From: an uncultured Candidatus Saccharibacteria bacterium
GTDB taxonomy: Bacteria; Patescibacteriota; Minisyncoccia; Phycocordibacterales; JACOZG01
Direction: 5' to 3'
Assembly: GCA_964399075.1 (NCBI GenBank)
Contig: CAYNPK010000001.1
Span: 268,400 to 332,399 of the forward strand
DNA length: 64,000 bases
The position numbers and the translations under genes were made by a program. The notes under the pieces were generated by a model. The model made no database searches, was not told the origin of the DNA, and saw nothing but the letters and a program-made list of their open reading frames with translations. The number at the start of each line of letters is the position of its first letter. Within the stretch, counting starts at the first letter, position 1. Shown here in pieces: positions 49,882 through 59,626 of this stretch.

Positions 49882-50289
49882 TCAAATAGTTGGTGGCGTG
49901 GGTTCAGACTCTGGTTCAGATTCCGGCTCGGATTTAGTTACAACAGTTTGAACATTACGCATGGCCCGTCGAACTTCTTTGGCAAACTTATCACGAATAT
50001 AATAAAGCTTACTTCGACGAACCTTAGCTCGACGCAAGACTTCCACCCGATCGATTAGTGGCGAATACAGAGGAAAAATTTTTTCCACCCCCACTCCGGA
50101 GGCTACTTTACGAACAGTAAAGGTCGCCCCAGGTTCAGCGCCATGCTTCCTAGCGATGACCAAACCCTCGAAGGCTTGCAGGCGAGTTTTGCCCTTCTCT
50201 TGGATTTTCTGCCAGACTCGAACAGTATTCCCAGCGGAAATATCCAAGGCGCGTCGCTTCTCTATATCAATAGGAGAAAACTTAATCAT
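49882..50289 (-). CDS. rplS: 50S ribosomal protein L19 with C-terminal (SEPE)3 repeat tail
   Basis: …RVWQKIQEKGKTRLQAFEGLVIARKHG…. Confidence 0.9.
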   Translation of the reverse strand: MIKFSPIDIEKRRALDISAGNTVRVWQKIQEKGKTRLQAFEGLVIARKHGAEPGATFTVRKVASGVGVEKIFPLYSPLIDRVEVLRRAKVRRSKLYYIRDKFAKEVRRAMRNVQTVVTKSEPESEPESEPTPPTI

Positions 50290-50335
50290 ACGAGATTAAA
50301 ATTTAGCATAAGCCTATCAAATTAGCAAGTGGGGT

Positions 50336-50377
50336 AAAAAAGGAAGACCCCGGGCCTTATTTCGGCGCGGGGTCTTA
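50336..50377 (-). terminator. Rho-independent terminator
   Basis: AAGACCCCG-(loop)-CGGGGTCTT, then TTTTTT on the minus strand. Confidence 0.6.
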
Positions 50378-50403
50378 GGGGGTGGGAGATCAACAGTCAG
50401 AGA

Positions 50404-50610
50404 TCAGTGGCTCTGGGGAACAGCCGTCGCCCTTGACTCACCGGATAGCACAGCCAAGGATGGCAGGCCATCAACCTGACTTCGTGGCACAACCACCCAG
50501 CTACCGTCGATAAGCCCCTTGATCACTCGATCTCTGGTTCCCTCATCGGGGCCAAGTGATTCGATCAGGGCCCGAAAGGTTGCGGTGGTAAACTCATCAC
50601 CCTTCATCAT
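50404..50610 (-). CDS. Hypothetical GC-rich small protein (68 aa). Start at MMKGDEF after an AAAGGAGA RBS.
   Basis: The ORF-track start extended 13 codons upstream. RBS and terminator define a compact standalone gene. Confidence 0.4.
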   Translation of the reverse strand: MMKGDEFTTATFRALIESLGPDEGTRDRVIKGLIDGSWVVVPRSQVDGLPSLAVLSGESRATAVPQSH

Positions 50611-50688
50611 CAATCTCCTTTTGTATGAACCACAAAACACATAGACCATTAAACTCTAACACTGATCATAAAGTAAATTTGATCGCTG

Positions 50689-51378
50689 TCAATCAGAAGG
50701 GGAAAGGGAACGTAGTCGCTTCAACACTCCAGCAAGATCATCTGGAAGCGCAGATTCAATTTTAAGCACCTTACCGGCTGGTGAAATAAATTCCACACTA
50801 GTGGCGTGGAGAGCTTGGCGATTAAGAACAAAAGGAAGATTGGCTAGTTGATGAACTGGAGAATAGAGAGCGTCGCCAACGATGGGGTAACCAATGGCCT
50901 TGAAGTGAACTCGGATCTGGTGAGTCCGACCAGTTTTGGGCCAAGCCTCAACCATCGAGTAATCACCCAAGTTCTCTAAGACACTATACTCTGTCACCGC
51001 CTCGCGCAATTTACCAACCGCTCCCCGACCGGCAATTCGTCGTCGCGGATCCCTGCGACTCCGACCAACAGGCAAATCAATTATTCCGCCCGGTGGCTGA
51101 CCGAAGACTAAAGCTAAATATCTTTTCTTAATCCCGTCGGTCTGAAATAATTTCTTAAAATAATCATGGACTATTTGATTTTTAGCGATAAGTAGCACGC
51201 CAGTTGTGTCCTTATCTAGACGATGAGCCAATTGAGCGGTGGGATATTTCTCCAGTAACCAATCAGCTATCGTTACCTCTCCAGCAGGAGTAAATTGATC
51301 ACGATGAACAACTACCCCGGCCGGCTTGTCAACCGCCAAAATATCTTCGTCTTCATAAATAATTTTTAGCGTTAACAC
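50689..51378 (-). CDS. RluA family pseudouridine synthase
   Basis: …HRLDKDTTGVLLIAKN… catalytic Asp motif. Confidence 0.85.
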   Translation of the reverse strand: MLTLKIIYEDEDILAVDKPAGVVVHRDQFTPAGEVTIADWLLEKYPTAQLAHRLDKDTTGVLLIAKNQIVHDYFKKLFQTDGIKKRYLALVFGQPPGGIIDLPVGRSRRDPRRRIAGRGAVGKLREAVTEYSVLENLGDYSMVEAWPKTGRTHQIRVHFKAIGYPIVGDALYSPVHQLANLPFVLNRQALHATSVEFISPAGKVLKIESALPDDLAGVLKRLRSLSPSD

Positions 51379-51382
51379 TTAG

Positions 51383-51455
51383 TGGGCGATGCAGGACTCG
51401 AACCTGCGACCTACCCGGTGTAAACGGGTTGCTCTGCCAACTGAGCTAATCGCCC
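51383..51455 (-). tRNA. tRNA-Val (TAC)
   Basis: GGGCGATTAGCTCAGTTGGCAGAGC…anticodon loop TTTACAC…GGTTCGAGTCC…ATCGCCCa. Confidence 0.8.
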
Positions 51456-51500
51456 AACCATTTAACAATACCGAAATGGTAATTAAATGCAATATGCTGA

Positions 51501-51572
51501 TGCTCTCGGTAGGAATCGAACCTACATTAAGGGATTAGAAGTCCCTCGTTCTATCCATTGAACTACGAGAGC
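51501..51572 (-). tRNA. tRNA-Arg (TCT)
   Basis: GCTCTCGTAGTTCAATGGATAGAAC…anticodon loop CTTCTAA…GGTTCGATTCC…CGAGAGCa. Confidence 0.8.
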
Positions 51573-51606
51573 TTAATTAATGACTATCATTTTGACTATA
51601 GGCTAC

Positions 51607-51948
51607 TTACAGCGCCGGGTCAACAATAGTCAGCACTGAATCCAAAAGTGACTGGTAACGCTCATCTCGGCCCTCAAGATATTGTACCAAATGTTCCAGA
51701 TCTCGCTCTAAAGAGAGCGTTGGAGCGGTGGGTAACGGAACTGAAGCTAAATCTGATTGCGAAGAATGCCAGCGCCAAAAAATCCAAGTAGCTAGGAGTA
51801 ATAAAACTAAGAGACTAATAAACCAAAGCACTAGCAACCGTCGCCAGTCGCGAATGGGGTTGATAACCAACTTCAGATGGTCACGGTTGCGCCAGTTATC
51901 AAAACAACAAGGCCATTTAGGAAAATCGATTGATTTATTCATTGTCAT
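51607..51948 (-). CDS. Hypothetical single-TM protein at the end of the pilM/N/O operon
   Basis: TM LLVLWFISLLVLLLLATWIFW. Position suggests a pilus-assembly accessory (PilP-like). Unproven. Confidence 0.3.
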   Translation of the reverse strand: MTMNKSIDFPKWPCCFDNWRNRDHLKLVINPIRDWRRLLVLWFISLLVLLLLATWIFWRWHSSQSDLASVPLPTAPTLSLERDLEHLVQYLEGRDERYQSLLDSVLTIVDPAL

Positions 51949-52516
51949 TATCCCAACTTAATAATTCCAAAACAAAATTTGCCGTCCACCGATGCGCCTC
52001 AGCCTCAATAATCGGCTCTGATCGCAACACTGTTTGAGTTAAACGTACCTTGTGAGGCAAACTCTCCAGTAAACTAAAGAAGTGTTGGAGATTAGCAAAA
52101 GATCCACCAGCTTGAGCCCGCAAAACTACTGTTTTCGGACCCTCTTCATTAATTGTTGCGGCCGTCATAGTGAAATTAAGATCCAATCCTGTTGCTAATT
52201 GTTCTAAACGTTCAATAAAAAATGGCAGGGTCTGATCGGTGACAAAGTAAGGTTTAAGCGTCGACTCCGCGACCTCAAGCTGTCCCATCAATGATCGCAA
52301 AGACAACAATTCATCTTTCTCAACCTTAATCAACGCCAACTTCTCTCGAGAAGAGATAATATTCGACTTCTCTCTCTCAAGACTCCAAACCAAGAAAGCC
52401 ACCGAAGCTAAACCGATAAGGCAGATAGCCACAACCCAAAGCCCCAGAGACGAGCTGGGGGAAATTTTTGATTGTGAATTTCTAAATGGGGTCATGGATA
52501 TTGATAATAATAACAA
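51935..52516 (-). CDS. PilO-like type IV pilus assembly protein
   Basis: N-terminal TM, coiled coil, C-terminal alpha/beta domain. Operon context pilM-pilN-pilO. Confidence 0.5.
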   Translation of the reverse strand: MLLLSISMTPFRNSQSKISPSSSLGLWVVAICLIGLASVAFLVWSLEREKSNIISSREKLALIKVEKDELLSLRSLMGQLEVAESTLKPYFVTDQTLPFFIERLEQLATGLDLNFTMTAATINEEGPKTVVLRAQAGGSFANLQHFFSLLESLPHKVRLTQTVLRSEPIIEAEAHRWTANFVLELLSWDNDNE

Positions 52517-53030
52517 AAGGGCTGGCTCTATCTTTAATCAAATTGGAAACTGGTGATTCAATCGTAGTGAAAACGTCATCGCCATCGAGAATAGCCACGA
52601 AGTCAAGTAGATTTTGACGCCAATCAGAAAAGCCTTCAAGTCTAAGATTGACCTCGTCGACCCCAACTCTCTCATAATTAAACTGGGTAATTTTTACCCC
52701 TTCCGGCAATTGATTAATAATTCTCTCTAACAAAAAAGACAGCTCCAGAGAGGGCGAAATCGCTTCCAAAATAATTCCACTTCGCTGTTTCAAATCAGTA
52801 ACTCTGGACTTAAGCTCTTCCGATTCGGCACTAGAAACTGCCGAGCGTTCGGCTTGTAAAGCGCGCTCCAGCGCCACAGCATCAGCTTTGATTAAAACAT
52901 AAGCCGTGGCTAGTAAAATTAAGATGATAATAACGAGAGAGAGAAATAAACCAACAGCAACTAACCGACGACGAGAGAGATAGTCGTGGAAAACCTGTTT
53001 GATTTTTTCTGGCGGTAATAAATTAATCAT
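52482..53030 (-). CDS. PilN-like type IV pilus assembly protein
   Basis: MINLLPPEKIKQ… (INLLP motif), then a TM and coiled coil. Confidence 0.6.
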   Translation of the reverse strand: MINLLPPEKIKQVFHDYLSRRRLVAVGLFLSLVIIILILLATAYVLIKADAVALERALQAERSAVSSAESEELKSRVTDLKQRSGIILEAISPSLELSFLLERIINQLPEGVKITQFNYERVGVDEVNLRLEGFSDWRQNLLDFVAILDGDDVFTTIESPVSNLIKDRASPFVIIINIHDPI

Positions 53031-54120
53031 GATAAAAATTCTTCAAAGCCAAACCAATAGCGGTAACATACTTTAGCGACTCATTAAGGTGGAGAGGTGG
53101 CACCAATTGCTTAGAGTCAAACATGTTGGTCCAAGCATTACCCAACTCCACTGGCAAATCTAAATTTCCACCAAGATATTCCAATAAACCTGGCAAAGTA
53201 GATTGTCCACCACAAATGATAATTCGATCTATTGGTTTACCCGATTGATAAACCAAACCACGATGACTATCCCAGAAATTATGAAAGCGAGCAATCTCAT
53301 CTCGCAAAACAGAAATAATCGGCGCTAAAATAGCTAAAGTCTTAGTGTTGCCGTTAGTAATTAAAATGCCATGCTTCATTTTATAATCCTCGGCTTCGGC
53401 AAAAGAAAAATTAAGATTTTTTTGCAAAGCGTTAGTAATAAGATCACCACCAACATTAGAAACCGTGGAAGTTAGTAACACCGACCTGCCAGAGACCACG
53501 AAAAAGCTAGTCCGAGTGCGTCCGATATCAGTAATCAAAAAGGTTTTATTAGTTCTCTCTATCTGGACCAGAGCACGAGCAATAGCGTGAGTCTCAATCT
53601 CACTACTAAGTGGCGTCAATCCAGCGTCCGTAATTACCTCAACGTAATCTTCCACTTCACGCCTGGGAAAAACAGAAACCGCCAATTGATATTGACGACT
53701 CTTATCTGTTGCTGATTCACTAATGATCTCGTAATCAAACAACACTTGTGCCACCGGTAGAGGCACATGTTCTTCTAATTGCAATTCAATACTCTGACGC
53801 AAATCATGCCGATTGAGCGCCGGCAAAGCAAGTTTGACGATGTAAGCCCGTTCTTCCGGCAAAGCAAAGTGGACGTAATTCAAATGATACTTCTCTCTAA
53901 GCTTAACCAGAGCCTGCTTAAGTGCCATCTTGTCTTTAATTTGCCCCAACTCCAGAACTCCCGGCGAGATCGCCTCTTCGCCAAAGGTAGCTAGTTGAAA
54001 ATATTGAGAACTAGGAACAACGTCAACAAATTTAACCGAGCGGTCAGAAATATCCAAACCGCTTGCGCGCATCTGCAAATATTTCGGTGGTGGAAAAAAT
54101 TTCATCAAGACACCTGACAT
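53023..54120 (-). CDS. pilM: Type IV pilus assembly protein PilM (actin-like ATPase fold)
   Basis: …GLDISDRSVKFV… and the actin-like ASKHA blocks. Confidence 0.8.
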   Translation of the reverse strand: MSGVLMKFFPPPKYLQMRASGLDISDRSVKFVDVVPSSQYFQLATFGEEAISPGVLELGQIKDKMALKQALVKLREKYHLNYVHFALPEERAYIVKLALPALNRHDLRQSIELQLEEHVPLPVAQVLFDYEIISESATDKSRQYQLAVSVFPRREVEDYVEVITDAGLTPLSSEIETHAIARALVQIERTNKTFLITDIGRTRTSFFVVSGRSVLLTSTVSNVGGDLITNALQKNLNFSFAEAEDYKMKHGILITNGNTKTLAILAPIISVLRDEIARFHNFWDSHRGLVYQSGKPIDRIIICGGQSTLPGLLEYLGGNLDLPVELGNAWTNMFDSKQLVPPLHLNESLKYVTAIGLALKNFYHD

Positions 54121-54169
54121 CGTGAGTTCATTATAACAATCAAGTGGAACTTATGCACTTATGTGAACA

Positions 54170-57100
54170 TTACAAATCACCTTCCAACTTATTCGTCCCC
54201 CGTCCTGAATCCAGAATTTTGCCAACTTGATTGCGAACCCCCACTAAATCCAAGATATCAATCACACCGTCACGATTGATATCATAGAAGAAGTTAGTCG
54301 AATCAAGTTTTTGATTAAAACTGTCTCGGACTTTAATCAAATCACTCTGATCAACTTTACCATCCTGATTAACATCACCCAAGAGGGCGCCGACCTGCCA
54401 AGTGGGCGATAATCCGCCATCTTCCGCCACTAAGAGATTGCCAGAAGGATCAGTTAGATTTTGGAGTCGAATAGTGACAATCTGACCATCAGGAATCTCT
54501 TTGAGTTTCAAAACTAGTTCACCCAAACCTTCGCGGACTCGATGATTCATGATTTCTATAGACTGAATCAAATCATTGCGCACCACGGAGGGGTAACCTA
54601 AAGACAAGCTAACCGTATCTTTAGAAACCTGATTGGGGGTTGGTGTAACTAATTCATTAAAGACGAAACTAATCTCTTGGGGTCCAAGTTGGCGAGGCTC
54701 TACTGTTAATTGCCTCATTGTTAAATCTATGGGGAAAGTGAAGGTTCTCCCATCAAGAGAAATGTGTTTGAGGAGAGATCGAGCAAATTTTTCTACTCTA
54801 GGTTGAATAGTATCCGGCTTACCAATGGTAATATTTACCACAGACGACTCGGCTTTGTTTCCAGCAGCGTCATAAGCCTTAGCTTGGAGAGAAAATCGTG
54901 AATTAGGGGCAGGTGGAGTGGAAGTGTCCCAAACAAATTTGTAAGGGAAAGTGTCAACAGAATCAACCAATTGACCATCAATATAAAGCTCTACCTTGGT
55001 AACCATCACATCATCAGTGGCCATAATTTCTACCACTGGACGATCTGAATAATTAAAGAGGTCACCATTTTTGGGATCCAAAATACTCACCTCTGGTGGT
55101 TCTTGATCATTTTCTTCGAGTTCGAGTAAGTAGATTTGAGGATAGTCATGGCGATAATCAGCCCAAACAAATTTGTTGCCATCAAGATTGGGATTCACGT
55201 GACCAGAAGACGGATAACGGTAAACAATATTTTCTATCCCAGTGGCTAAATTATACGAAAAAAGAGCAGATCCCCCCGAAACAGGCGCCCGCCACAAGAC
55301 ACGCCCAGAATCAATGAGGGGAAGAGATTGATCAGACGAAGTTGGAGATAAACGACGCTCTTCCTTAGAAATTAAATCATACAAATAAATTTGATAATAA
55401 TAATTCCGATCATCCCCCCAAACCACCTTATTACCACTAATATCGGGGCTATATTTACTGGCATTTGGAGGAGGTGGGGGCAATAATTCTTCAGCGCCAG
55501 TATTTAAATCATGTACATGGACCTTTTGATTTGATGACATGTATACCATTTTATTACCATCGCGACGAATAACCTGACTCCAACTCAAACCCGTTGGTGT
55601 TTCCAAAATTCGTTCAGTATTAGTGTTTAAATCATACAAGGCAAATTGATAATCATATCTGGGATAAGGAGAAGGTTGCGTCCAAATGACTAAATGATCT
55701 TTAATAGTGGGGAGCCAATAGCTACGTCCGGGTTCAGAAGAAGAAATAACCCGACTAGTGTTTGTACTCAAGTCATAAACACGAAGATCTGTAGAACTGT
55801 TATACGGTGATCCAACATAGTCCAACCACACTACTTTATCACCGTCAATAGAGGGATAAAATTGCTGCCTTACTGAGGCATCGGGAAATAAGCGACGCTC
55901 GGTTCCAGTTTTTAAATCATAAAGATAAATTTGTGCATTACCATGACGAGAGTCCGACCAAACCACCTTATCACCATCAACATCTGGCCAAGCTTGATTT
56001 GAAGAAGTTGGCGATAGTCGGCGAGCGCCTCCCCTATCTATCCACACATCATAAATCTGGAATTGGGAAATACGACCAGCAGTATCGCGAGCGGTAACTC
56101 TGATAGTGTAATAAGCAGATTCCAAATTAAGACCTTGTTTCTGGTTAATATCATTTAGATCTATTCTAGCCAAGAGACTGTTATTGGATAGAGGTTGAGT
56201 AGAGCCAGATACCGGCACATTAACCCATTCCAGAGTCTTGGGTGAATCAGAAGAGGTGCCCATTTGTCGACTAATCTCCACGGTATGACGAGAGAAATTG
56301 GAGCCGGTGATCTTGCCCTTGAGATTGACTATCGAGTCGGTCTGGATGGTGCGACTCTTGGGCTCGGTAATGATGGGTGCCAGGGGTCTAGTTCCCGCTT
56401 GTTTATGATCATCAGCTAGTTTGAGAGAATTAAAAATGTTAATCAAACCATAGCCAGTATCAATATCTTTACCGGGGGGACCAATATCTTCGGATCCCTG
56501 TCTCATCAACTGCCTGACTTCCTCATTGGTTAAATTAGGGTTATGAGACCAGATTAGGGCTGCCAAACCAGCGACATGAGGCGTGGCCATGGAGGTGCCA
56601 GTCATTATGCAATAATTAGCTATCTTCAAATTATAATTAGGGGGGCAATCAAAAGATATTGCGGATTTAAGAGAAAGAATTGATTCTCCAGGTGCAGTTA
56701 ATTCTATTTTATCAGCTCTCTGGTGAGGCTCGCCACGCCTGGGAAAATACATGTTAAAATCTATGGTATCAACACTTATCACTAAATCAAGAGCGCTTGG
56801 GTCATAATCTAGAATCGTGTAAGACGGTAGATTCGGAGCACTGGCAACGATAAGCATTCCCTTATTGTGTTGATATTTGATCGCATCTACTATTGCCCTA
56901 CTTCGCCCAATACCATAATAACTATTGTTAGAAATTTTAGCTCCCATATCAGCAGCATATTGGAGAGCTCTGACAATGGCGACAAGGGAGAAGGAACCCT
57001 CCGCGCCACTATGCACATTTAACGCCATGACCTTTCCTTGCCAACTAACGCCAACCACGCCAAGCTCATTGTTGCCAGTAGCGCCAATGATCCCTGCCAC

Positions 57101-58042
57101 ATGAGTACCGTGACCAATATGGTCTACGGGGTCATTATTATTATCACCAAAATTCCAGCCATAATAGTCATCAATGTAGCCGTTGCCGTCATCATCAATC
57201 CCGTTACCAGGGATCTCACCGGGATTGGTCCAAATATTATCTTTAATATCGGGATGGCGATAGTCAACCCCGCTGTCAATCACCGCTACAATGATATCTT
57301 CCGAGCCGGTGGTAAAGCCCCAGCCTTCTTCGGCGTCAATTCTTTTCAAGCCCCAGAGATCTTCAATGCGAGAATTTACATTACCAGAAGAAAGCCAGAA
57401 GGGGTCATTGGGCGTGGCGGAGGCGGTGAGCTCAGCTAGGTAATTGGGTTCAACGACTTCGATATTGGGATCAGCATGGTAATCAGCCAGAACTTGCGCG
57501 AAGTTAAGCACCGGTTGGCTAATCTTGTTATCAGTAGAAATTTTGGGTTGCAATCTCTCTGGCATGTCACTAGTCTGGAATTGAGAGGGAGTAGCTAAGG
57601 ACTTTAGGTCTTGGACTCCAGAGGGTAGAGATAGAGTAGTGCTGGGGCCGGGCAAGGTTAGGATGTAATAATCAAAGAGCGGGTCAGAGAGGTCAGAACT
57701 GGGCATGGGCACCGCTAAGCGTTCTAACTTACTGGCTTGATACTTAGCATTAAGTTGCCTTAAGGAATTGAGACTAGTATCGGCAGAGGTGGATTTAGTG
57801 CCAAGTTTACTCTTGGCTTCTTTGGTAAACTTGATAATGATTTGATTACTTAAGAATTGAGCTGGAGCCGGTTCTCCCTTAGTGGGAGTGGCGAGGGTGC
57901 CAAGTGAGGCTGGAGCTTGATGGCGATCAAAGAGGCTGAATAGTTGATCAAGTGCCGGTGGTTTAAACCAGATTAATAAAGTGATAAAGATAATAGCGAG
58001 AATGAGAAGAATCAGTAACAGAGTGCGGATACGATGAGACAT
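54170..58042 (-). CDS. Giant secreted subtilisin-like serine protease (S8) with beta-propeller repeats and C-terminal dockerin-like Ca-binding repeats
   Basis: Catalytic triad motifs VAVIDSGVDYRHPDI, HGTHVAGIIG and GTSMATPHVAG. The C-terminus reads DVNQDGKVDQSDL…DINRDGVIDILDL. Confidence 0.8.
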   Translation of the reverse strand: MSHRIRTLLLILLILAIIFITLLIWFKPPALDQLFSLFDRHQAPASLGTLATPTKGEPAPAQFLSNQIIIKFTKEAKSKLGTKSTSADTSLNSLRQLNAKYQASKLERLAVPMPSSDLSDPLFDYYILTLPGPSTTLSLPSGVQDLKSLATPSQFQTSDMPERLQPKISTDNKISQPVLNFAQVLADYHADPNIEVVEPNYLAELTASATPNDPFWLSSGNVNSRIEDLWGLKRIDAEEGWGFTTGSEDIIVAVIDSGVDYRHPDIKDNIWTNPGEIPGNGIDDDGNGYIDDYYGWNFGDNNNDPVDHIGHGTHVAGIIGATGNNELGVVGVSWQGKVMALNVHSGAEGSFSLVAIVRALQYAADMGAKISNNSYYGIGRSRAIVDAIKYQHNKGMLIVASAPNLPSYTILDYDPSALDLVISVDTIDFNMYFPRRGEPHQRADKIELTAPGESILSLKSAISFDCPPNYNLKIANYCIMTGTSMATPHVAGLAALIWSHNPNLTNEEVRQLMRQGSEDIGPPGKDIDTGYGLINIFNSLKLADDHKQAGTRPLAPIITEPKSRTIQTDSIVNLKGKITGSNFSRHTVEISRQMGTSSDSPKTLEWVNVPVSGSTQPLSNNSLLARIDLNDINQKQGLNLESAYYTIRVTARDTAGRISQFQIYDVWIDRGGARRLSPTSSNQAWPDVDGDKVVWSDSRHGNAQIYLYDLKTGTERRLFPDASVRQQFYPSIDGDKVVWLDYVGSPYNSSTDLRVYDLSTNTSRVISSSEPGRSYWLPTIKDHLVIWTQPSPYPRYDYQFALYDLNTNTERILETPTGLSWSQVIRRDGNKMVYMSSNQKVHVHDLNTGAEELLPPPPPNASKYSPDISGNKVVWGDDRNYYYQIYLYDLISKEERRLSPTSSDQSLPLIDSGRVLWRAPVSGGSALFSYNLATGIENIVYRYPSSGHVNPNLDGNKFVWADYRHDYPQIYLLELEENDQEPPEVSILDPKNGDLFNYSDRPVVEIMATDDVMVTKVELYIDGQLVDSVDTFPYKFVWDTSTPPAPNSRFSLQAKAYDAAGNKAESSVVNITIGKPDTIQPRVEKFARSLLKHISLDGRTFTFPIDLTMRQLTVEPRQLGPQEISFVFNELVTPTPNQVSKDTVSLSLGYPSVVRNDLIQSIEIMNHRVREGLGELVLKLKEIPDGQIVTIRLQNLTDPSGNLLVAEDGGLSPTWQVGALLGDVNQDGKVDQSDLIKVRDSFNQKLDSTNFFYDINRDGVIDILDLVGVRNQVGKILDSGRGTNKLEGDL

Positions 58043-58115
58043 ATTTTATTGATTATTTAATATGTCTTCATTGTAACAAGTGGTGGAGGTGGAGGGCAAG
58101 GATTGGTGTGAGATT

Positions 58116-58520
58116 TTAATGACGCCTATCAATGTAACTCTTTAAAATTAAAGCTGCTGCTGAAGCATCGTTCTCGTCAGTTTCACCTTGAAGTCGTCTA
58201 GCTTCCACACTAGTAAACCACTCCAGTTCGTAATCAATAGGAGTCGATAATGTTTTTTCTAATTTTTGCTTAAATCGCTCAATCTCCAACATAATCGGAT
58301 TTGACTTGCCGGCTAAACTACGAGACTCCCCAATAACCACACCGGCAACTCCTTGCTCCTGACAAATTTTGCTAATCTGCTTAACTAGATTATCAATAGA
58401 AGAATTAGCTAAAACACAAAAAGGCAGAGCGAAATAACCACTTTCGTCTGTGAGAGCCACTCCCACTCGTTTGGCTCCATAATCAATACCTAGTAATCTT
58501 TTGCTTTTACTTTTAATCAT
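58116..58520 (-). CDS. ruvX: Holliday junction resolvase-like RuvX/YqgF
   Basis: …LLGIDYGAKRVGVALTDESG…. Confidence 0.85.
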   Translation of the reverse strand: MIKSKSKRLLGIDYGAKRVGVALTDESGYFALPFCVLANSSIDNLVKQISKICQEQGVAGVVIGESRSLAGKSNPIMLEIERFKQKLEKTLSTPIDYELEWFTSVEARRLQGETDENDASAAALILKSYIDRRH

Positions 58521-58544
58521 CTTTAGAGTAAAATAACAAACATT

Positions 58545-58760
58545 ATGGATTTAGTACAATTGCAACAATTAATTGAGGGGCATTTCGTTTTGTTTTCCAT
58601 TTTGATTATTTGGACTATGGTTTGGAAAGGAGTCGCCTTGTGGAAGGCCGCGAGACTCAATCACCGCAAGTGGTTCATCGCCATACTTATCGTCAACAGC
58701 CTTGGCATCTTAGATTTAATTTACATCTTCTTCATTGCTCAACCACGAGAGCGAGAGTAA
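58545..58760 (+). CDS. Small two-TM membrane protein (PLD-nuclease N-terminal-domain-like)
   Basis: …VALWKAARLN…LGILDLIYIFF…. Confidence 0.4.
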   Translation: MDLVQLQQLIEGHFVLFSILIIWTMVWKGVALWKAARLNHRKWFIAILIVNSLGILDLIYIFFIAQPRERE

Positions 58761-59617
58761 GCCCATTCACCAAGCCAAGTTAACAAAATTCCCAAAATAA
58801 ATAATAATAAAGCGTAATAAATTAAATTATTATTACTAATACTAAATTCTCTAAGACCCTGCCCGGGCCAAATTTTCCTTATTGAGCCACTCATCAGACC
58901 AGCTAAAATAACAATGACTAAATCGTGATAATGGCGCAAGAGCCACAACAAGCCACGGACAAAGAAGGCTAAGCCAATAATCCCACCGGAAATAAATACT
59001 ACTAAAACAAACAAATCACGTTCAGCCACGGCTCTCAAGATAAATTCATATTTGCCCAACAGCAACAAGACAAAGGAACCAGAAATACCGGGCAAAATCA
59101 TCACCGAAAAAGCAATTAAACCACTCAAAAAAATCGTCAAATTATCAGTTGGAGTTTCTATAGGAATAATCCCCACAAAGTAATAAGCAGAAATTAAGCT
59201 TAAAATGAAGAGGGGGAGATAACTTATTCTCCAGCGTTGAACCCGTCGCAGGACCACAACGATAGAAGCTAGAACTAGTCCAAAGAAAAAAGATTTGATG
59301 AGAATAGGTTGCGTCTGCCACAACCAAACAAAGGTTGGCGCCAAACCAAACACGGCGGTGAGTAATCCTAAACCCAAAGGGACAATGAAGCCAAAAGGAA
59401 TTTCCTGATAGGCGCGACGGAAATTAAAAGCTACTAAACTTCGGGGAACAATGCCGGTAATAGTCTTAATGAAAGCGAGCAAATTCTCATAAATCCCGAA
59501 AACAAAAGCAATAGTACCACCAGAAACACCGGGAACCAGATCGGCCATCCCCATCACAAAACCGGTAAAATAAAATCTTAAGGTTTTAAAAATGATTTTT
59601 GATTTATTTACATTCAT
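58739..59617 (-). CDS. DUF368 family membrane protein (proposed undecaprenyl-phosphate translocase family)
   Basis: Signature …GMADLVPGVSGGTIAFVFGIYE…. Confidence 0.8.
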   Translation of the reverse strand: MNVNKSKIIFKTLRFYFTGFVMGMADLVPGVSGGTIAFVFGIYENLLAFIKTITGIVPRSLVAFNFRRAYQEIPFGFIVPLGLGLLTAVFGLAPTFVWLWQTQPILIKSFFFGLVLASIVVVLRRVQRWRISYLPLFILSLISAYYFVGIIPIETPTDNLTIFLSGLIAFSVMILPGISGSFVLLLLGKYEFILRAVAERDLFVLVVFISGGIIGLAFFVRGLLWLLRHYHDLVIVILAGLMSGSIRKIWPGQGLREFSISNNNLIYYALLLFILGILLTWLGEWAYSRSRG

Positions 59618-59626
59618 GACTATTGA

